Numbered from the stretch's first letter, positions 34,860-50,086 are shown. The stretch: DNA of 64,000 nt from Octopus vulgaris (GCA_951406725.2 OX597829.1:25172001-25236000), one strand, 5' to 3'. Translations and numbers: made by a program. The notes: generated by a model from the sequence alone, not told the origin.

Positions 34860-36250
34860 GCCACAACAACTTTTCCTCCAAAATAAATAAGCTTTCACCT
34901 AAGACATTTTCTCATCTCATTGTCCCATATCCAAGAGACACAACACTTTGTACTTTATCAAATTTACTGTGATACCTCAGCAAAAGCATTGTTTTATCAT
35001 CAGATTCTGTTCTATTATACATGAAATGACAAGAAATACAAAATAAGTAAGCTTTCACCTAAGACTTTCTCCTCTCACTGTCCCATATCCAAGAGACACA
35101 ACACTTTGTACTTTATCAAATTTACTGTGATACCTCAGCAAAAGCATTGTTTTATCATTGGATTCTGTTCTATTATACATGGAATGACAAGAAATACAGA
35201 GGAGGAAAGCAAGGTGCTCCTGTTGATATAGTGTTTCATAGCAGCATTGGAAGACTGTGCTGTATATGCCAATCAATATGAACTTCTTGAAGTTTCAGAT
35301 ACAACTTTATTTCAATCTCTTGAAATAGTCAATGGCAAAGTTTGCAGCAATTACAAGGAGACATGTTTGATATTTGGATTGTTGCACAATGATGAAATCC
35401 AGTGGAGTGCAACAGTCAGCTTTAGAGTTCTTTTCACCATGCTAATAAGATATTGTGAACCATCCAATCCAGTTGAGTTATAGCTCAATTGTGTTGACCT
35501 ACCTAAAGGTTTCAAACATTAATTTAATGGATGTTTCCTGACATCTGTACCCAGGTAAAATTTTCAGTGTTGCCATCATTGGCAGTAAGAATATGACCTC
35601 CATTAACTTAATCCCACTGAAATTAATAATCTAGCACCTGACATTTTGAGAGAAACATGAATGATTATAATGAAACTAAACCCAAATTTGCTGTGGACTA
35701 GATAACAAGCTAATCTCTTATTTTTGACACAGTTCCACTCACTGATGGAATTGGAATAGCATTCTTAATCAATTCATTGTTTGTCAAAGTGTCAACATAA
35801 ATGCAAAGTTATTGCACTTTACTGGAAATATGGGGAGAGATCATACATTTCACTGTCAAACTCCTCTTACTGAACACAAATGAAGCACCTGTTTACAACT
35901 TTGTCAAGAATCGGGAACTGGAGTTTTTTAAGAGAAGCTAGATAATCTGGGACACATGCATAGCGGCATGCAAGAGAGCTCTGGAGATGCTAGACATTGC
36001 AGAAGTTGTGTGACAAGAGATATTGAATTAGAAGAGTAACATTGATGATATCAGGTGGCTAATCTCAGACACTACCAGTGATCTTAAAAGGGACAAAGGC
36101 CACGGAAATTTGTAATGGCCTAAATTTGTCATTGCTTTGAGCCAAAGTTAAAAAATCTCAAGACTGTCTACAAATATATGTCCATGTCTTTGGAGATAAT
36201 CTGTCTTATAGTTGCTTGAAAGGAAACTCCTCTGAGACAGGAACAATTAG
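34860..36250 (+). mobile_element. Helitron Rep/helicase remnant with an internal 160-bp tandem duplication
   Basis: LFYYTWN, FQSLEIVNGKVCSNYKETCLIFGLLHNDEIQW, LFTMLIRYCEPSNPVEL, IIWD, QTLPVI.KGT (PIF1-like motifs). Confidence 0.85.
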
Positions 36251-36499
36251 TCCCAAGCAGGCCACTTGTCATATATATAGTATAAATAGAACATAATTTG
36301 TTCGAATCAAGAAGTACAAACATTGTTTTAAATGTTCCAATCAAATTCTGAAATGTGATTCATTCATTCCACAATATTAAAGAATCAGTTGAACTAGTCT
36401 CCAAGTAACTGGTTTCATTAAAGTAGAATCAGTAGACGATGCCAAGTAGGAATAAAAATATTTCTGAATGAATATGGTATTAGATAATTGGATAAGTTG

Positions 36500-36789
36500 T
36501 CGGGCCGACCAATGCCTTGTGAGTGGATTTGGTAGACGGAAACTGAAAGAAGCCTGTCGTATATATGTATATATATATATGTATGTGTGTCTGTGTTTGT
36601 TCTCCTTGCATTGCTTGACAACCAATACTGGTGTGTTTACGTCCCCGTCACTTAGCGGTTCGGCAAAAAGAGACTGATAGAATAAGTACTGAGCTTACAA
36701 AAAGAATAAGTCCCGGGTTCGAGTTGCTCGACTAAAGGCGGTGCTCCAGCATGGCCGCAGTCAAATGACTGAAACAAGTAAAAGAGTAA
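36500..36789 (+). mobile_element. SINE family A, 5'-truncated
   Basis: cgggccgaccaatgccttgtgagtggatttggtagacgg...gactgaaacaagtaaaagagta. Confidence 0.9.
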
Positions 36790-37254
36790 GTGTTTCCTTG
36801 TTTTACATCTAGTACACTTTATTTTCCATTACCTCAGTCCATCTGCATATTGTTGTCTGTTGAAAGATCCTTCATCACCATAAAAATAAAGCTTAAGTTC
36901 TTCCCCTTGTGGAGACATTCACGTTGTTGTGATGCCCAAATCAAAGGAGTTGTAACTGTGATGTTGAGATAGAGGCCAACTGAAACTGGGATCTTAAGTA
37001 AGGTACATAACCCGGCATCCAAAGTAACCCAACATTACAGGTTCTTAACATTTCCAAAGGTGGCTGTTGGAAAAACATCTTGCTATAAAATTAATTGCTT
37101 AAAATAAAAACATTTCTTTATTTACACAAGTTGAATGGATGTAAAATATAACTAACTTGGAAGTTATGCTTTGTATTCAAGATATGTCTTCTTAAATGTA
37201 CAGACACATAGTATAAACGCAGGTGGTGTGTGTACGTATATATATATATATATA

Positions 37255-37850
37255 TCATCATCATCATCATCATCATTTGATGTCCGTTCTCCATGCTAGC
37301 CTGGGTTGGACATTTCGACCAGGGATCTGGGAAGCCAGAAGGCTGCACCAGGCTCCAGTCTGATCTGGCAGAGTTTCTACAGCTGGATGCCCTTCCTAAC
37401 GTGAGTGTAGTGGGTGCTTTTTACGTGAGTGTAGTGGGTGCTTTTTACGTGAGTGCAGTGGGTGCTTTTTACGTACCACCGGTACAGGTGCCAGGCGAGG
37501 CTGGCAATGGCCACGATCGGATTGGCGCATATTATGTGCCATCGGCACGGAAGCCAGTCAAGGCGGTGCTGGCATTGGCCACGATTTGGATGGTGCTTTT
37601 TACATGCCACTGGCATGGAAGCCAGTCTAGGTGGCGCTGGCATCGGCCACGTTCAGATGGTGCTTTTTACGTGCCACCAGCACAGGGATCACAACTGCAG
37701 TTTCCATTGATTTTGATGTTGGTGTACTTGACTCAATGGATCTCCTCAAGCACAGGGTCGAAATGGTATTTCTTCACTTGCCACCTGCACAGGAGTCAGT
37801 CCAGCGGTCCTGGAAACTGCCAGGTGCCAGTCATAGGATTGGTTCAATTT
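37255..37850 (-). mobile_element. RTE 3'UTR/tail element (family B) with an internal 23-bp triplication
   Basis: (CAT)n start; gtgagtgtagtgggtgctttttac x3 at 37401-37472; repeated ggtgctttttacgtgccac. Confidence 0.88.
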
Positions 37851-37853
37851 CGA

Positions 37854-38629
37854 TGAGGTCTGATCAATAAGTGTCCAGGCTATTGCCATAGTAACAAAGC
37901 TAAAGCAAGCAGAGTAAAGTTGCTCAGCAAAGATTGTTCTTGAACTCTGCTGTGCATGCACACTAAGTTTTAACGTTCTAGCTCACTTCTGTTTACAGCA
38001 GTGCTTGGAAGGAAGGTGTGTAGCGTGTGATCATTGACCATGACAGAGAAGCTTGTCATGGTGATACCTGCTCAGAGGCCTATGCAAAGTTGCAAAAAGT
38101 GTATGAACTGCATACAAGTGTATGAGTGGTTCAGACATTTCCAAGATGGCCACAAAAATGCCGATATTAATGAACGTTCTCAGAGATCCATAACTGGCAG
38201 AACTGAGAAAAACATTGCAAATGTGTGTGCAACTGTGACAGGAAATCGTCAAATCCCCGCCCGTGAGTTATCAGAGGATGTGCAGATTAGTTATCACTGA
38301 AGATTTGGGTATGAGACGCATGTCTGCTTTCAGCTGATCAAGAAGACACTTGGGTTTCAGTTGCACAAGATTTCCTTGATTGTGAACGATGAAAGCTTTT
38401 TGGAAACTTTGCATAGGTCTCTGAGCAGGTATCGCCAGACTTTTGGCAAAATGTGATGTGGATTCTCTGCTCAACTTTCTTTGTCATGGTCAATGCAATG
38501 ATCACATGTTACACATCTTCCTTCCAAGCACTGCTATAAATAGTGGAAGTAAGCTAGAACAGTAAAACTTGGGTGTTTTACTCTACATGCTTTAGTTTTG
38601 TTGCTATGGCAATAGTCCAGATACTTATT
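37854..38629. mobile_element. Mariner-derived non-autonomous element with about 200-bp inverted arms
   Basis: TIR-like gaggtctgatcaataagt; arms 37866-38099 and 38397-38629 are reverse complements; the middle encodes a mariner HTH (VYEWFRHFQDG..ERSQRS..TEKNI..RELSEDVQIS). Confidence 0.85.
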
Positions 38630-39764
38630 CTACTGGTGAGTGTGTTAAATAATAAGGCACTAAAAGAGAATGACCCTCCCCAGACGCAACAGTATATATA
38701 TATGCATTCATGAATATTTGCTGGTTTTAAAAAGCTCTTAATTTTTGTGTTTTCCCTCTCATTGAGTGATGAGAGGACTATTTCTATTTTTAACAAGATG
38801 AACTACTGTAGATACTGAAATTTCTTTACTTCCTCCCAGAAGACAAGTTCAAAAGAATTACCAATAATTTCTGTCAGCCAGCTATTTCAGTTCTTTTACA
38901 ATTATGCAATCTATTATCATATGTCATGTTTCCAAATAAAACATGTTGCTATAATTACAATTAAAAGAAAAATATTGTAATAGCATGTGCTATAATGTAA
39001 GGTGTTTTGATAAGCATAGTAAAATATTAATATGGCCACTAATATGGTTACCAGAAGATATGTAAATAAAGTCTTGAAATTCTTGCTAAGTGAAATGCCC
39101 CATTTGATTATTTTCCATATGGAAGGTAAGAAAGGTAAGAAATTCCAGTGTCATATTTTTGAATGGAGTGAATTAGTAGAGAGCGCAGATTGATTTAGAA
39201 GCAGTCATAGTAAATTAATGCACGGCCTATGACACAAGCATGCAAAGTCAATATGGATTAAGGACAATGGGTAGTGCCTAAATAAGGATTAGTCACTGGA
39301 AAAGCAGTATATAATATTTTTGGAGGAATGTTGTAAATATATACAAAGATCATCCTATCTAGTTGGTATTGTACAGAGGAATAGCAAAGCAGTGATTTGT
39401 GAGCAAACTTCAGCATGTAGCAAAACATAGTACTGTATTCAAGAACATGTCAATCCTTTACTGTACCTTAAAAAAAGACAACATATTTTTCACACTTGGC
39501 TGTAAAGCTGCATACCAATTATGTCCAGTGTTTTATATTACATTCCTTACATTGTGCATGAGTGATGAGTGCAAATGATGGGTGATTGATTCCAGCTGGC
39601 TCTGTTTAATGGTGTTACAGCTAAGATAATGGAAGGGGGAAGGTTTCTATTATGTGGGACAAAAGAACCTGACATTTCTTGGTAGCATTATTGCTACCTG
39701 TGTTTCAGCTGGAGCAAGTGACAAGATTATTACCATCTCCAGTCAATGACTATGAGTGCAAGTC

Positions 39765-40890
39765 ATCATCATTTAATGTCCATTGTCTATGCTGGCAGAG
39801 GTTGGACGGTTTGACCAGGGCTGCACCAGACAGTCTGACTTGACATGGTTTCTACAGCTGGATGCCCTTCCTAATGCCAACCACTCCGAGAATGTAATGG
39901 TGCTTTTGCATGCCACCTGTGCTCCCACAACTATAACTTAACTTGGCTTGATGTTTTCTTCTCAAGCATGGCATATTGCCAAAGGTCTTGGTCATTGCCT
40001 CTGTGAGGCCCGATGCTTGAATGCCTTTTACATGCCACTGGCAGAGTGCTAGTCACATGACACCAGCATCAGCCACATTGCCTCCATGAACCCCAATATT
40101 CAAAAGGTGCATTTATGAGACACCAGCACAAGTGCCATTGACATGGTACTGGCATCGGCCACGACTACAATTTCACTTAGCTTGACACGTCTCAAGCATA
40201 GCATATCGCCAAAGGTCTTGGTTACTTGTTATTGCCTCCATGAGGCCCAACATTCAAAGACCATGCTTCACCACCTCATTTCATATCTTCCTTGGTCTAT
40301 CTCTTCCACAAGTTCCCTCCAGTTAGAGATTGGCACTTCTTTACACAGCTGTCCTTATCCATATGCATCATAAGACCATACCAGTGCAGTCGTCTCTCTC
40401 GCATACCACATCTGATGCCTCTTATGCCCAATTTTTCTGTCAAAGCATTTATACTGTCATACATTGCACATCCAGTGAAGCATGCTAGCTTCATTTCTTT
40501 CAAGCTTATGCATGTCCTCAGTGGTCACAGCCCATGTTTCACTGTTATGTAGCATAGCTGTTTTCATACAGGCATCATACAGTTTGCCTTTCGGCTCTTT
40601 GTTGCCAACAGGGGCATGAGCTATTCTTGTTCTCCCAGTTACTTTCTCAGAGCATCTACCTCTGTTACTGACTTGGTCGCTTAGATAAAGAAAGCTATCA
40701 ACTACCTATAGCTTACCTGCCTGGCATTTGATGGAATCATTATTATTGTTTATTGTACTTGTGCACCTTCCATACACAAAAACTATTTTTCCAGTTAACC
40801 TTCCTGCACTGGGTACACCTAATGGAATGTTACCCATGCCTTTCCTACACATCAAGCAGGATCATTTACCTGAAAGCATTTGTGATTTGT
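39765..40890 (-). mobile_element. RTE LINE 3' fragment plus tail, decayed
   Basis: EKLGIRGIRCGMRERRLHWYG..DKDSCVKKC on the minus strand; (CAT)n tail at 39765. Confidence 0.85.
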
Positions 40891-41070
40891 CTAGACAGTA
40901 AAGTAATAAAATAAAGGGCATCTTTTGTTAGGCTTGTGTATGCAGTCTAGTGGTATGACCTTTATTAATTGTGCATTCCTGTATAGCATATGTCTATGAC
41001 CACACAATCTGTCACAGAATGGTAACCTGTATAAAGACAAGAGTTTTCCAAACTTAACTCAAATGATAAC

Positions 41071-41447
41071 TACTCTCTTTACTCGTTTCAGTCATTTGAC
41101 TGTGGCCATGCTGGAGCACCACCATTAGTCAAGCAAATCAACCCCAGGATTTATTCTTTGTGAGCCTAGTACCAATTCCATCGGTCTCTTTTGCCAAGCC
41201 GCTAAGTTACGGGGACATAAACACACCACCATCAGTTGTCAAGCAATGTTGGGGGGACAAACACAGAAACAAATACATATATACGATGGGCTTCTTTCAG
41301 TTTCCGTCTACCAAATCCACTTACAAGGTTTGGTCGGTCCAAGGCTATAGTAGAAGACACTTGCTCAAGGTGCCACGCAGTGGGACTGAACTCAGAACCA
41401 TGTGGTTGGTAAGCAAGCTACTTATCACACAGCCAATCTTGCACCTG
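41071..41447 (-). mobile_element. SINE family A
   Basis: Full head-to-tail match to 11451-11851. Confidence 0.9.
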
Positions 41448-41809
41448 CTGGTTAAATAAAAAGCTGTCTTTGTTAGAGGATGGATTATCAATAAGATATT
41501 CAAGACAAATGATCATGTTGTATCAGGTCAAGTATATCATTGATGCATAAACCATTAGTATTTGCTTGGGTCAGTCAATCTCCATTTCTGCAAGATACCT
41601 CCACATCTGCCATGACCATATGGCTAACCAGCATGAGCTGTCGTCCCAGCCATATCCAGATGTCATATGCAGGGCCCAGCTAGGAATACTGAGCAAACTG
41701 ACTAACCAGTCTAGGCTGATGTACCTAAATCATATAATAGGATGCATCCCAGTTTCTGAGTATAGTTATCCGTTGTATATGAAATTCAATCAATGTTAAT
41801 CTATAATAC

Positions 41810-42330
41810 TTAGAGCATTGGGTTTGCTATCATGAGGTAGTGAGTTCAATTCCCAGACAGGGCTGTGTTGTGTTCTTGAGCAAGTCACTTTATTTCACAT
41901 TGCTCCAGTTCACTCAGCTGTAGAAATGAGTTTAAGGCTGTGTGTTGGCAGAAACATTAGAACATCAGGTAAAATGCTTAGCGGTATTTCATCTGCCACT
42001 ACGTTCTGAGTTCAAATTCCGCAGAAGTCGACTTTGCCTTTCATCCTTTTTGGGGTCGATAAATTAAGTACTAGTTACGCACTGAGGTCGATGTAATCAA
42101 CTTGATCCCTTTGTCTGCCCTTGTTTGTCCCCTCTATGTTTAGCCCCACAAGGGGCTAAACATAGAAATGAGTTGTGAGGTCACTGGTGCCAAGCTGCAT
42201 CAACCTTTGTTTTTCCCTTGGTGGCATGGAGAGGGGACGCCAATATGCATGGGTGACTCTTCCATAAACAACTTTGTTCAGACTTGTACCTATGGAGGGT
42301 AGCATTCCAGGTACAATCCCACGAAGTGTC
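41810..42330 (+). mobile_element. tRNA-derived SINE interrupted by a family C SINE (41933-42162) with a 12-bp TSD
   Basis: tagaaatgagtt at 41921-41932 and 42163-42174; the host sequence resumes after the second copy. Confidence 0.85.
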
Positions 42331-42620
42331 CTAGTAATATATGTTGGAATTAATTTAAAGTTGTCAGTAACCAATAATCTTATGAAGCATCCCTGTACCA
42401 GGAGTGTATTTTTTACCTTTTATTTGTTTCAGTCATTGGAGTGTTGCCACGCTGGGATACTGTCTTGAATTTTTACTTGAATAAAGTGACTCCAGTACTT
42501 TATTTTTTATTTTTAAACCTGGTGTTTATTCTATTGGTCATTTTGCCAAATCGGAAAGTTATGAAGGAATAAACACACCAGCACTGTTAGTCAAGTGGCA
42601 GTGGGACACACACCCACATA

Positions 42621-43004
42621 TCTATTATATAAAATCTGTTCTGTCTGTGTGTGTCTTCTAGGATCTCGGGCATCCTCCATCCAATTGTGCTCAAATTTGA
42701 TATATAGATACCAATGGTATCATGGCATGTATAAGTTTTGAAAAAATTACCAAAATCAATTCCAGGTGAGAATGCAATCGATAAAGCTGTTGGAACGTGC
42801 ATTTGTAAAATCATTTTCTTGGAATAGAAAAAAAGTCTATCTTTATTTCTTCTTTTGCCGGTGTCTCAAATTTAGATTAAATCAGTGTTTCCCAAAGGAG
42901 AGGCCTATGGGACAGTCGGACAAGTTGTTTTGAGAAAATTTGCTTTAAATGTTTGATAACTCAGCACCATCCATTGGACGGGGAGTGGGACAGCGTTTTG
43001 CTTG
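42621..43004 (+). mobile_element. Non-autonomous Helitron-like element nested in a family A SINE (about 42420-43155, minus strand)
   Basis: A|TC start (tctattatataaaatctg..tgtctgtgtg), CTTG|T end, no TSD; SINE halves on either side. Confidence 0.6.
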
Positions 43005-43744
43005 TGTGTATATATATATATATATAAGCTTTTCACTTTCCATCCATCAAATCCACGCAAGGCTTTGGTCACCCCCCAATGTGCTACATAGTGGGATCGA
43101 CCTTGGAACTATATGGTTGGGATACCAACTTCTTACCACAGCTTTGCCTGCACCTATTGTTGTTGGCATTAATTTAAAGTTGTGGATACCTATGTCTATA
43201 TTAATCAACTTTCATCCTTCTAGGAACAAGTTGTATACTGGAGTGGATTCCCTAGGAATTAGTTGCCTGCTGGTACATATGTGTAAATGTGTATATACAC
43301 ACACACAGATGTTACTTAGTAAGCTAAATTATACTTCAAAGCATAAAACTGCAGTAATATCTGCTCTGTTGACAAATAACTGTAGTGAATGCCTAAGTCC
43401 CAGTAAACAATTAGTTCTTTATCTACAAGTCCTCCATATACCTGCACAATTCAATATCTCTTTCAATTATTGGCCACTTTATGTGTGTGCATCTGTTTTT
43501 AACATTTATATCACCAAGGGTATAAAGGTTAAAATGCTGTAGTATTGCCAATGCCATTTTTTATGTAATGTCTGGATCTCCAACTTCTATACTTTTGTAG
43601 TCAAATAATCAGCCTAGTGAAGTAGACCAGCAGAATTGAGTATCACACAAGTAAACTTGTGGTTTTTGCTTCCAGTTCAAATTCCATTTAGACACACAAT
43701 TTTTCGTAGTAAGATATGTTATCTTGTACAAGTATACTTCTCAT

Positions 43745-43957
43745 ATCTTTAGCATTTAATCTGGCAAAAATATTCTAACTCTATGTTAAAGCTGACTAGA
43801 TGCAACCTCTCATACCTACCCTACAATGTCATTCTAAAAAAATATATACAAAGACACAATTTGAAATATTGAAGCTACAAGATAATGCATGATTAATTCA
43901 AACCAATGTGAATAATAAGCATTACATTTAACCAAGAAATCTTAATGCTAAAGGTTG
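43745..43957. mobile_element. piggyBac-like MITE family; opposite-orientation copies at 45225-45435 and 52960-53160
   Basis: Ends ctttagcatt / aatgctaaagg; shared core acctaccctacaatgtcattcta. Confidence 0.6.
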
Positions 43958-46900
43958 GCTGTTTTTGATACATTATGCAAGAGCCCAACAGGAAAATCCT
44001 TGAAGTCAGTAAATCCAAATTACTTAACTTACAGCAGACCAGCTTTTTCCTGGTCACATAAACAGGCACATTTGATGATAATATGTTCTAAAGTACTAAG
44101 CTCAAATCTTGTCATTACACAAGAAAACAGGAAAAGAATTTTACTGATTAGTGCAACTTTTTCAGTGTTGGTACTAATAAAATTGATGTTAGGGAAGGCA
44201 TCTAGCCAATGGAGCATGAGGTCCTCTGGCTTGTTAAATCCTACCAGCATGGAAATTGCACATAAAACAATGATGTCCTATTTCCTATATTCGTTTCAAT
44301 TTGAATACCTGATTACATAAAACTTACAATTATCTATTATTCAAAAGAATAGTACTGTGCTTATGACACACTCCACTTTACTTGTTTGGTGTGATTAATA
44401 TTCCATCTAAATTTCTCTAGGACCAAGGTTCACTTACATAATTAAAATATTTATGATCAGAGAGTGGACAAGTGAAAGTAAGACTATTCAGAAAAGCAAA
44501 ATTATTGCTTTATTGGTTTAGGTGGGATTCTGCTGACTGACAGAGCATTGTAAGTAACACAAAGCATTTTTCTTAAGAGACATGATAAAAATAGAATAAG
44601 AGGTGGTGATGTTTAACAGGGAGACAATGAACTGGGTTTAGTAGTTAGTGTAAAACTTATGGTTTGGGAATGCATGTATAGACATGATGCAAGAGCAGCA
44701 TTCACTATAAATTACACTAATGTGGTAATTTTAGAAAACTGACGCTTCCATTAAATGGAAGAAGGACAAAATGCTGGTGAGTCTAATTAACTACTTGGGA
44801 AATTGAATTATCAGCTAGGACAAAGCTTGAATAGTTAATGCAACAATTAGTAGATTTAATAATCCTCATTCATCTCATCATGGGCTCACTTAATTGACTC
44901 TAGATCTTGCAAACATATTGTTAAAAAGGTGGCAAGCTGGCAGAATCATTAGCACAAACAAAATGTTGCAGAGGACGACTATCTTTCATCCTTAGGGATT
45001 TATAAAATAAATACCAGTCAGGCATTGGGGTCTATTTAATTGACTTAGCCCCTTCCCCGAAAATTGCTGGCTTTGTGCCAAAACTTGAAACCAGTATTAA
45101 TAGTATCAATAAGTAGGTTTGATTACTAGTAATCAGAAGTATTAAAATATTAATGAAAAACAAACTAAAAATTAAACTTAACATACAAAATCCATATCTA
45201 AGTTTTGCTTATACATTCTAAATATTAAACACTTCAGATTACTGTCAAATGTAATGCTTATACAGTCACCTTTTAAATTAAATCATGTATTATCCTGTCA
45301 CTTCAAGATTTCAATGAAGTGATTGTTTATCTCTAGAATGACATTGTAGGGTAGGTGTGAGAGACTGGATCTGTCTGATTTCAACAGAAGACAGGCAGAC
45401 TATCTGGATCTGATATTGCCAGTGTAAATATTTAAGAAAACTTGATTCTAGATACCAATAATAAGTCTCTCAAAGTGCCAGCATAGCTGTTTAATTTTTA
45501 ACCTCATTTTGCAACCATGCAGTTCCAGAATTGTCTTCTAATAATACCTTTAATAAGTGTCTTCTAATAATACCTTTTGTTGAAACCATTGTGCATGCAA
45601 GTGAAATTCTATAAATGCAAACCATAGAAACCTGTCAAATACTTATCACTAACAATTACCGTAACAATGCCCAGTATACTCAGCTACATGTTAAATTGAA
45701 TGATCAGGTAACCTTACCTGAATCTTTAATGTCAAAACCATACATTCATACACAATCCTTAATTCTAAGAACCAATGAGACAAAATGGGACAAGTACAAT
45801 CCATCTACCAGTTTGTCTAATCAATTTCATAATTTGACCTCAAGCCACAGAATATTTATTCCCTAATGATGTCATAAAATGAATTTGAACAGAGGACCTC
45901 ATTGTTTGTAAAGTAAACTTTCTCATTTAGCCATGCTACACACTAGTGGAATAAAGCACCTTGAAAACAAGGAGTCTGCTAGATGTAAAATTGATAACGA
46001 TATCTAAACTACCATATATATAAATTTACAAATAAGAAAACCATCTTAGAGTTAGTTAAAAATAGAGCTATGAAACAATTTATGTTATATAGCTGACCCA
46101 CTCATTCTAGTGATTATTTCTATTGTTTCTCCCATCAACATCATATACACACTTTAATTTACCAAGCTGTTTCTCTTGCAATATTGCCCAACCTCCACAG
46201 AAACTGCCCTTTTTTCTTCTCAAAGTTCTTTGCCCACATGCAACAATTCAGTCTCCTATATTGCTTTAATGTTTGACCAATCCTGATAGCTCACTCCCTC
46301 TATTCTCTTCACAGATACCAAGTTATCTTCACCTTTACCTCATGTTGCATTGCCCCAAGTCTTTACTGTTTTAACTAACCTGCATTCTGCTACTATGCTC
46401 ACAGCAATTCAAACTCTTACCACTACTAACTTTCTTCATCCTATCCCTCAGAACTCTCTGTGTTCACAATATAAAACAGCCCACTCAATTTCTATATCAT
46501 GATGCACTAGTTCTGCCACTGCACTCATATAACAGATCCGCTGTCATACTACAACAGACAGAAAACCAATCAAAACTACAAGTCACCCAAACCCCAGAAC
46601 CCTTATAATATCCACGTACTCCAAGCACAATATCACATACATTATGAAAAAAAAAAAAATACACAGTGAGGTAATTAGCCATTATCTTTAAAACATTTAT
46701 CACAAAGTACCATAGACATATTAACATTATAAGTTTTATTATCATATTTAATATTAACATTATTATTATTTATTATAATTATTATTAAAATTGTTATTAG
46801 GATCAGTATTACAGACTTATTTCTGTATATAGAAAAAAAAAAGTAATGAAAAATATTAAAATGAAAAAAAAAAAAAAAGCAACCAAAATGGGGCACATGC

Positions 46901-47199
46901 ACTCATGTATATACACACACATCCATGTATATAATATATACATATACAGAAGCACTCAAATTGATATCACTAGCTGCCCAAACTGGTCTAGATTGTTTAA
47001 TGTTTTATATATACATATATATATGTATACACACACACACACACAACACAGCAAGTGCATTCAAAGTCTACTCCATACATATCACTTACGCAGAAACAAT
47101 TAGCAAAGGCAGCTCATCTTCATTAAGCCCCAATACCAAACATAAATAAATAAAGAAAAGGAAACAACAAAACAAAAAATTTAATTTCCTTTTTAATTA

Positions 47200-48420
<1,221 letters not shown>

Positions 48421-48476
48421 TGTTTCATGTTTTTCCATGTTTTCTTTACCTAAAAAAAAATGTTATTTTTTAAAAA

Positions 48477-48667
48477 TCAACTGTCATCTGCATCAATTTC
48501 CTCATCATCATCAACTTTTTCTAGGTCATGTAAAAAGTGAGAGACTTGTTTAAGAGCAACACCTCGACCTTCCATCTCAGCAGGCTCAGAAGCCGTTCCC
48601 CAACTGATGAAGGCTTGTTTAGAAATTACCTCTTCATATAATATAACAAATAATTTTTTTAAGACAC
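48477..48667 (-). CDS. EIF4G: eIF4G terminal coding exon (W2 domain C-terminus, TGA at 48477)
   Basis: LYEEVISKQAFISW..EPAEMEGRGVALKQV matches the eIF4G W2 end; CAG acceptor, phase 1. Confidence 0.93.
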
Positions 48668-49531
48668 CTGTAAAAAAAATTGAAAAAAGAAAGATCAGTA
48701 AAGCCATCATATTACACTTTTCTAATAGACAATATGAAAACATTATACAATGCAATGTATTTTTATTTCTGATATTTAAAACTGCTAACACATATTTAAA
48801 ATGTATTTCTTCAGAACCAAATTCATTTTTATCTAATTAAATAGAAAGTAACTAGTTCTCTTTTATTTACAAGTTGTTGTTTTAATACTAAATTGTTTAC
48901 TGATATTTGTTCCACTTATTAACTGGAACAAGTGACAATTTTCTGCATCTCATACATCTCCCAATCAGTTGTTGCTCCTACCCCTTATCTACTCTCTACA
49001 TCCATCATTCAAACCCTACCCCAACATTTACTGTTGTTACTTAACTTGCCCATGCCCTACACCTCCAACTAATCATACACTTGTTTCTTCAATCACCACT
49101 CGCCTCATCAGCTTGAAACAAATTATCTTGTTCACATTTGGAATATGCTCAGTGGTTCTCTAAATTCCTCACACAATCACTGTCTAATAAATTCACAAAC
49201 ATCTTCAACTTCTGAAGTAAAATAACTTCCTAAACGAATGTAAATTCTAATGTCAATCATGTATAATTGTTTATATTAATAAGGCTTTAATCAGTAGTGT
49301 ACAGGTAAGTATGCGTACACACACAGACTAGTTACTATGAATGGCTGGTGACCAGAACAATTGTACGAGTAATTATCATTAATATCAGTTGTCACAAAGC
49401 CTGTCTCACCATTTCTTTACTGCCTACAGGGGGCTACTATTTGACTATTTCTAATGCATGGTGTTCTATGCAGGTTGTCAAAATACAGAGAGGAAAAAAA
49501 AAGCAATAGAAATTAAAATGAAATAACCTAC

Positions 49532-49669
49532 TTGGTGGGTGCTCCAGTTTGGTATCCAATAACTGGAGCGCATATAGGGCCTGCACCTCGTCGTCTTTAT
49601 TTTTCAAATACTTTTTAAGTAAACTGGAATAACCACGCAACTTTTGTTCTTGAGGCATGAAATTTGGAC
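49532..49669 (-). CDS. EIF4G: eIF4G exon (W2: LLKKYL..EVQALYALQ..LEHPP)
   Basis: TAG/GTAGGT, 138 nt, phase 1/1. Confidence 0.94.
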
Positions 49670-50086
49670 CTACAAAATGGAAATCAATAATTCCTTTAGA
49701 ACTGCATCGAAGACAACACCAGGTTCTACAATGTAATTAATGAACAGAATGAACCAGAAAGTGTTTAACATTCTACTTGCTAAGCAACAAAATTTAACTG
49801 TTCATATACTCGGCAATGTTTGTGTTCACAAATCTTTCACAAAATATTTTGACCTCATTGCATTGATTTAGTAAATTTAGGGAATGCAAACACTTTTAAA
49901 ATGAAAAGAAAAATGTACATATAAATTTCAGTGACACAGAATGTAGTCAAGTGGGAAAAATTCCAAAATAATAACCCACATCAATGTAGATGTCAGTGGA
50001 ATCAATATGATCCAGTTTCATAACTGCCAGTGATTGAAGCCACTTGATGCGATGAGAGAGAGAGAGAGAGAAAGAGAGTAACAAAC

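Noticed and set aside
42949-43542. 197-aa ORF
   Set aside because: Spans a Helitron end, a microsatellite and an antisense SINE; no recognisable protein.
44030-44090. Possible orphan minus-strand exon with AG/GTAAGT boundaries
   Set aside because: No recognisable peptide or partner exons; such sites are common by chance.
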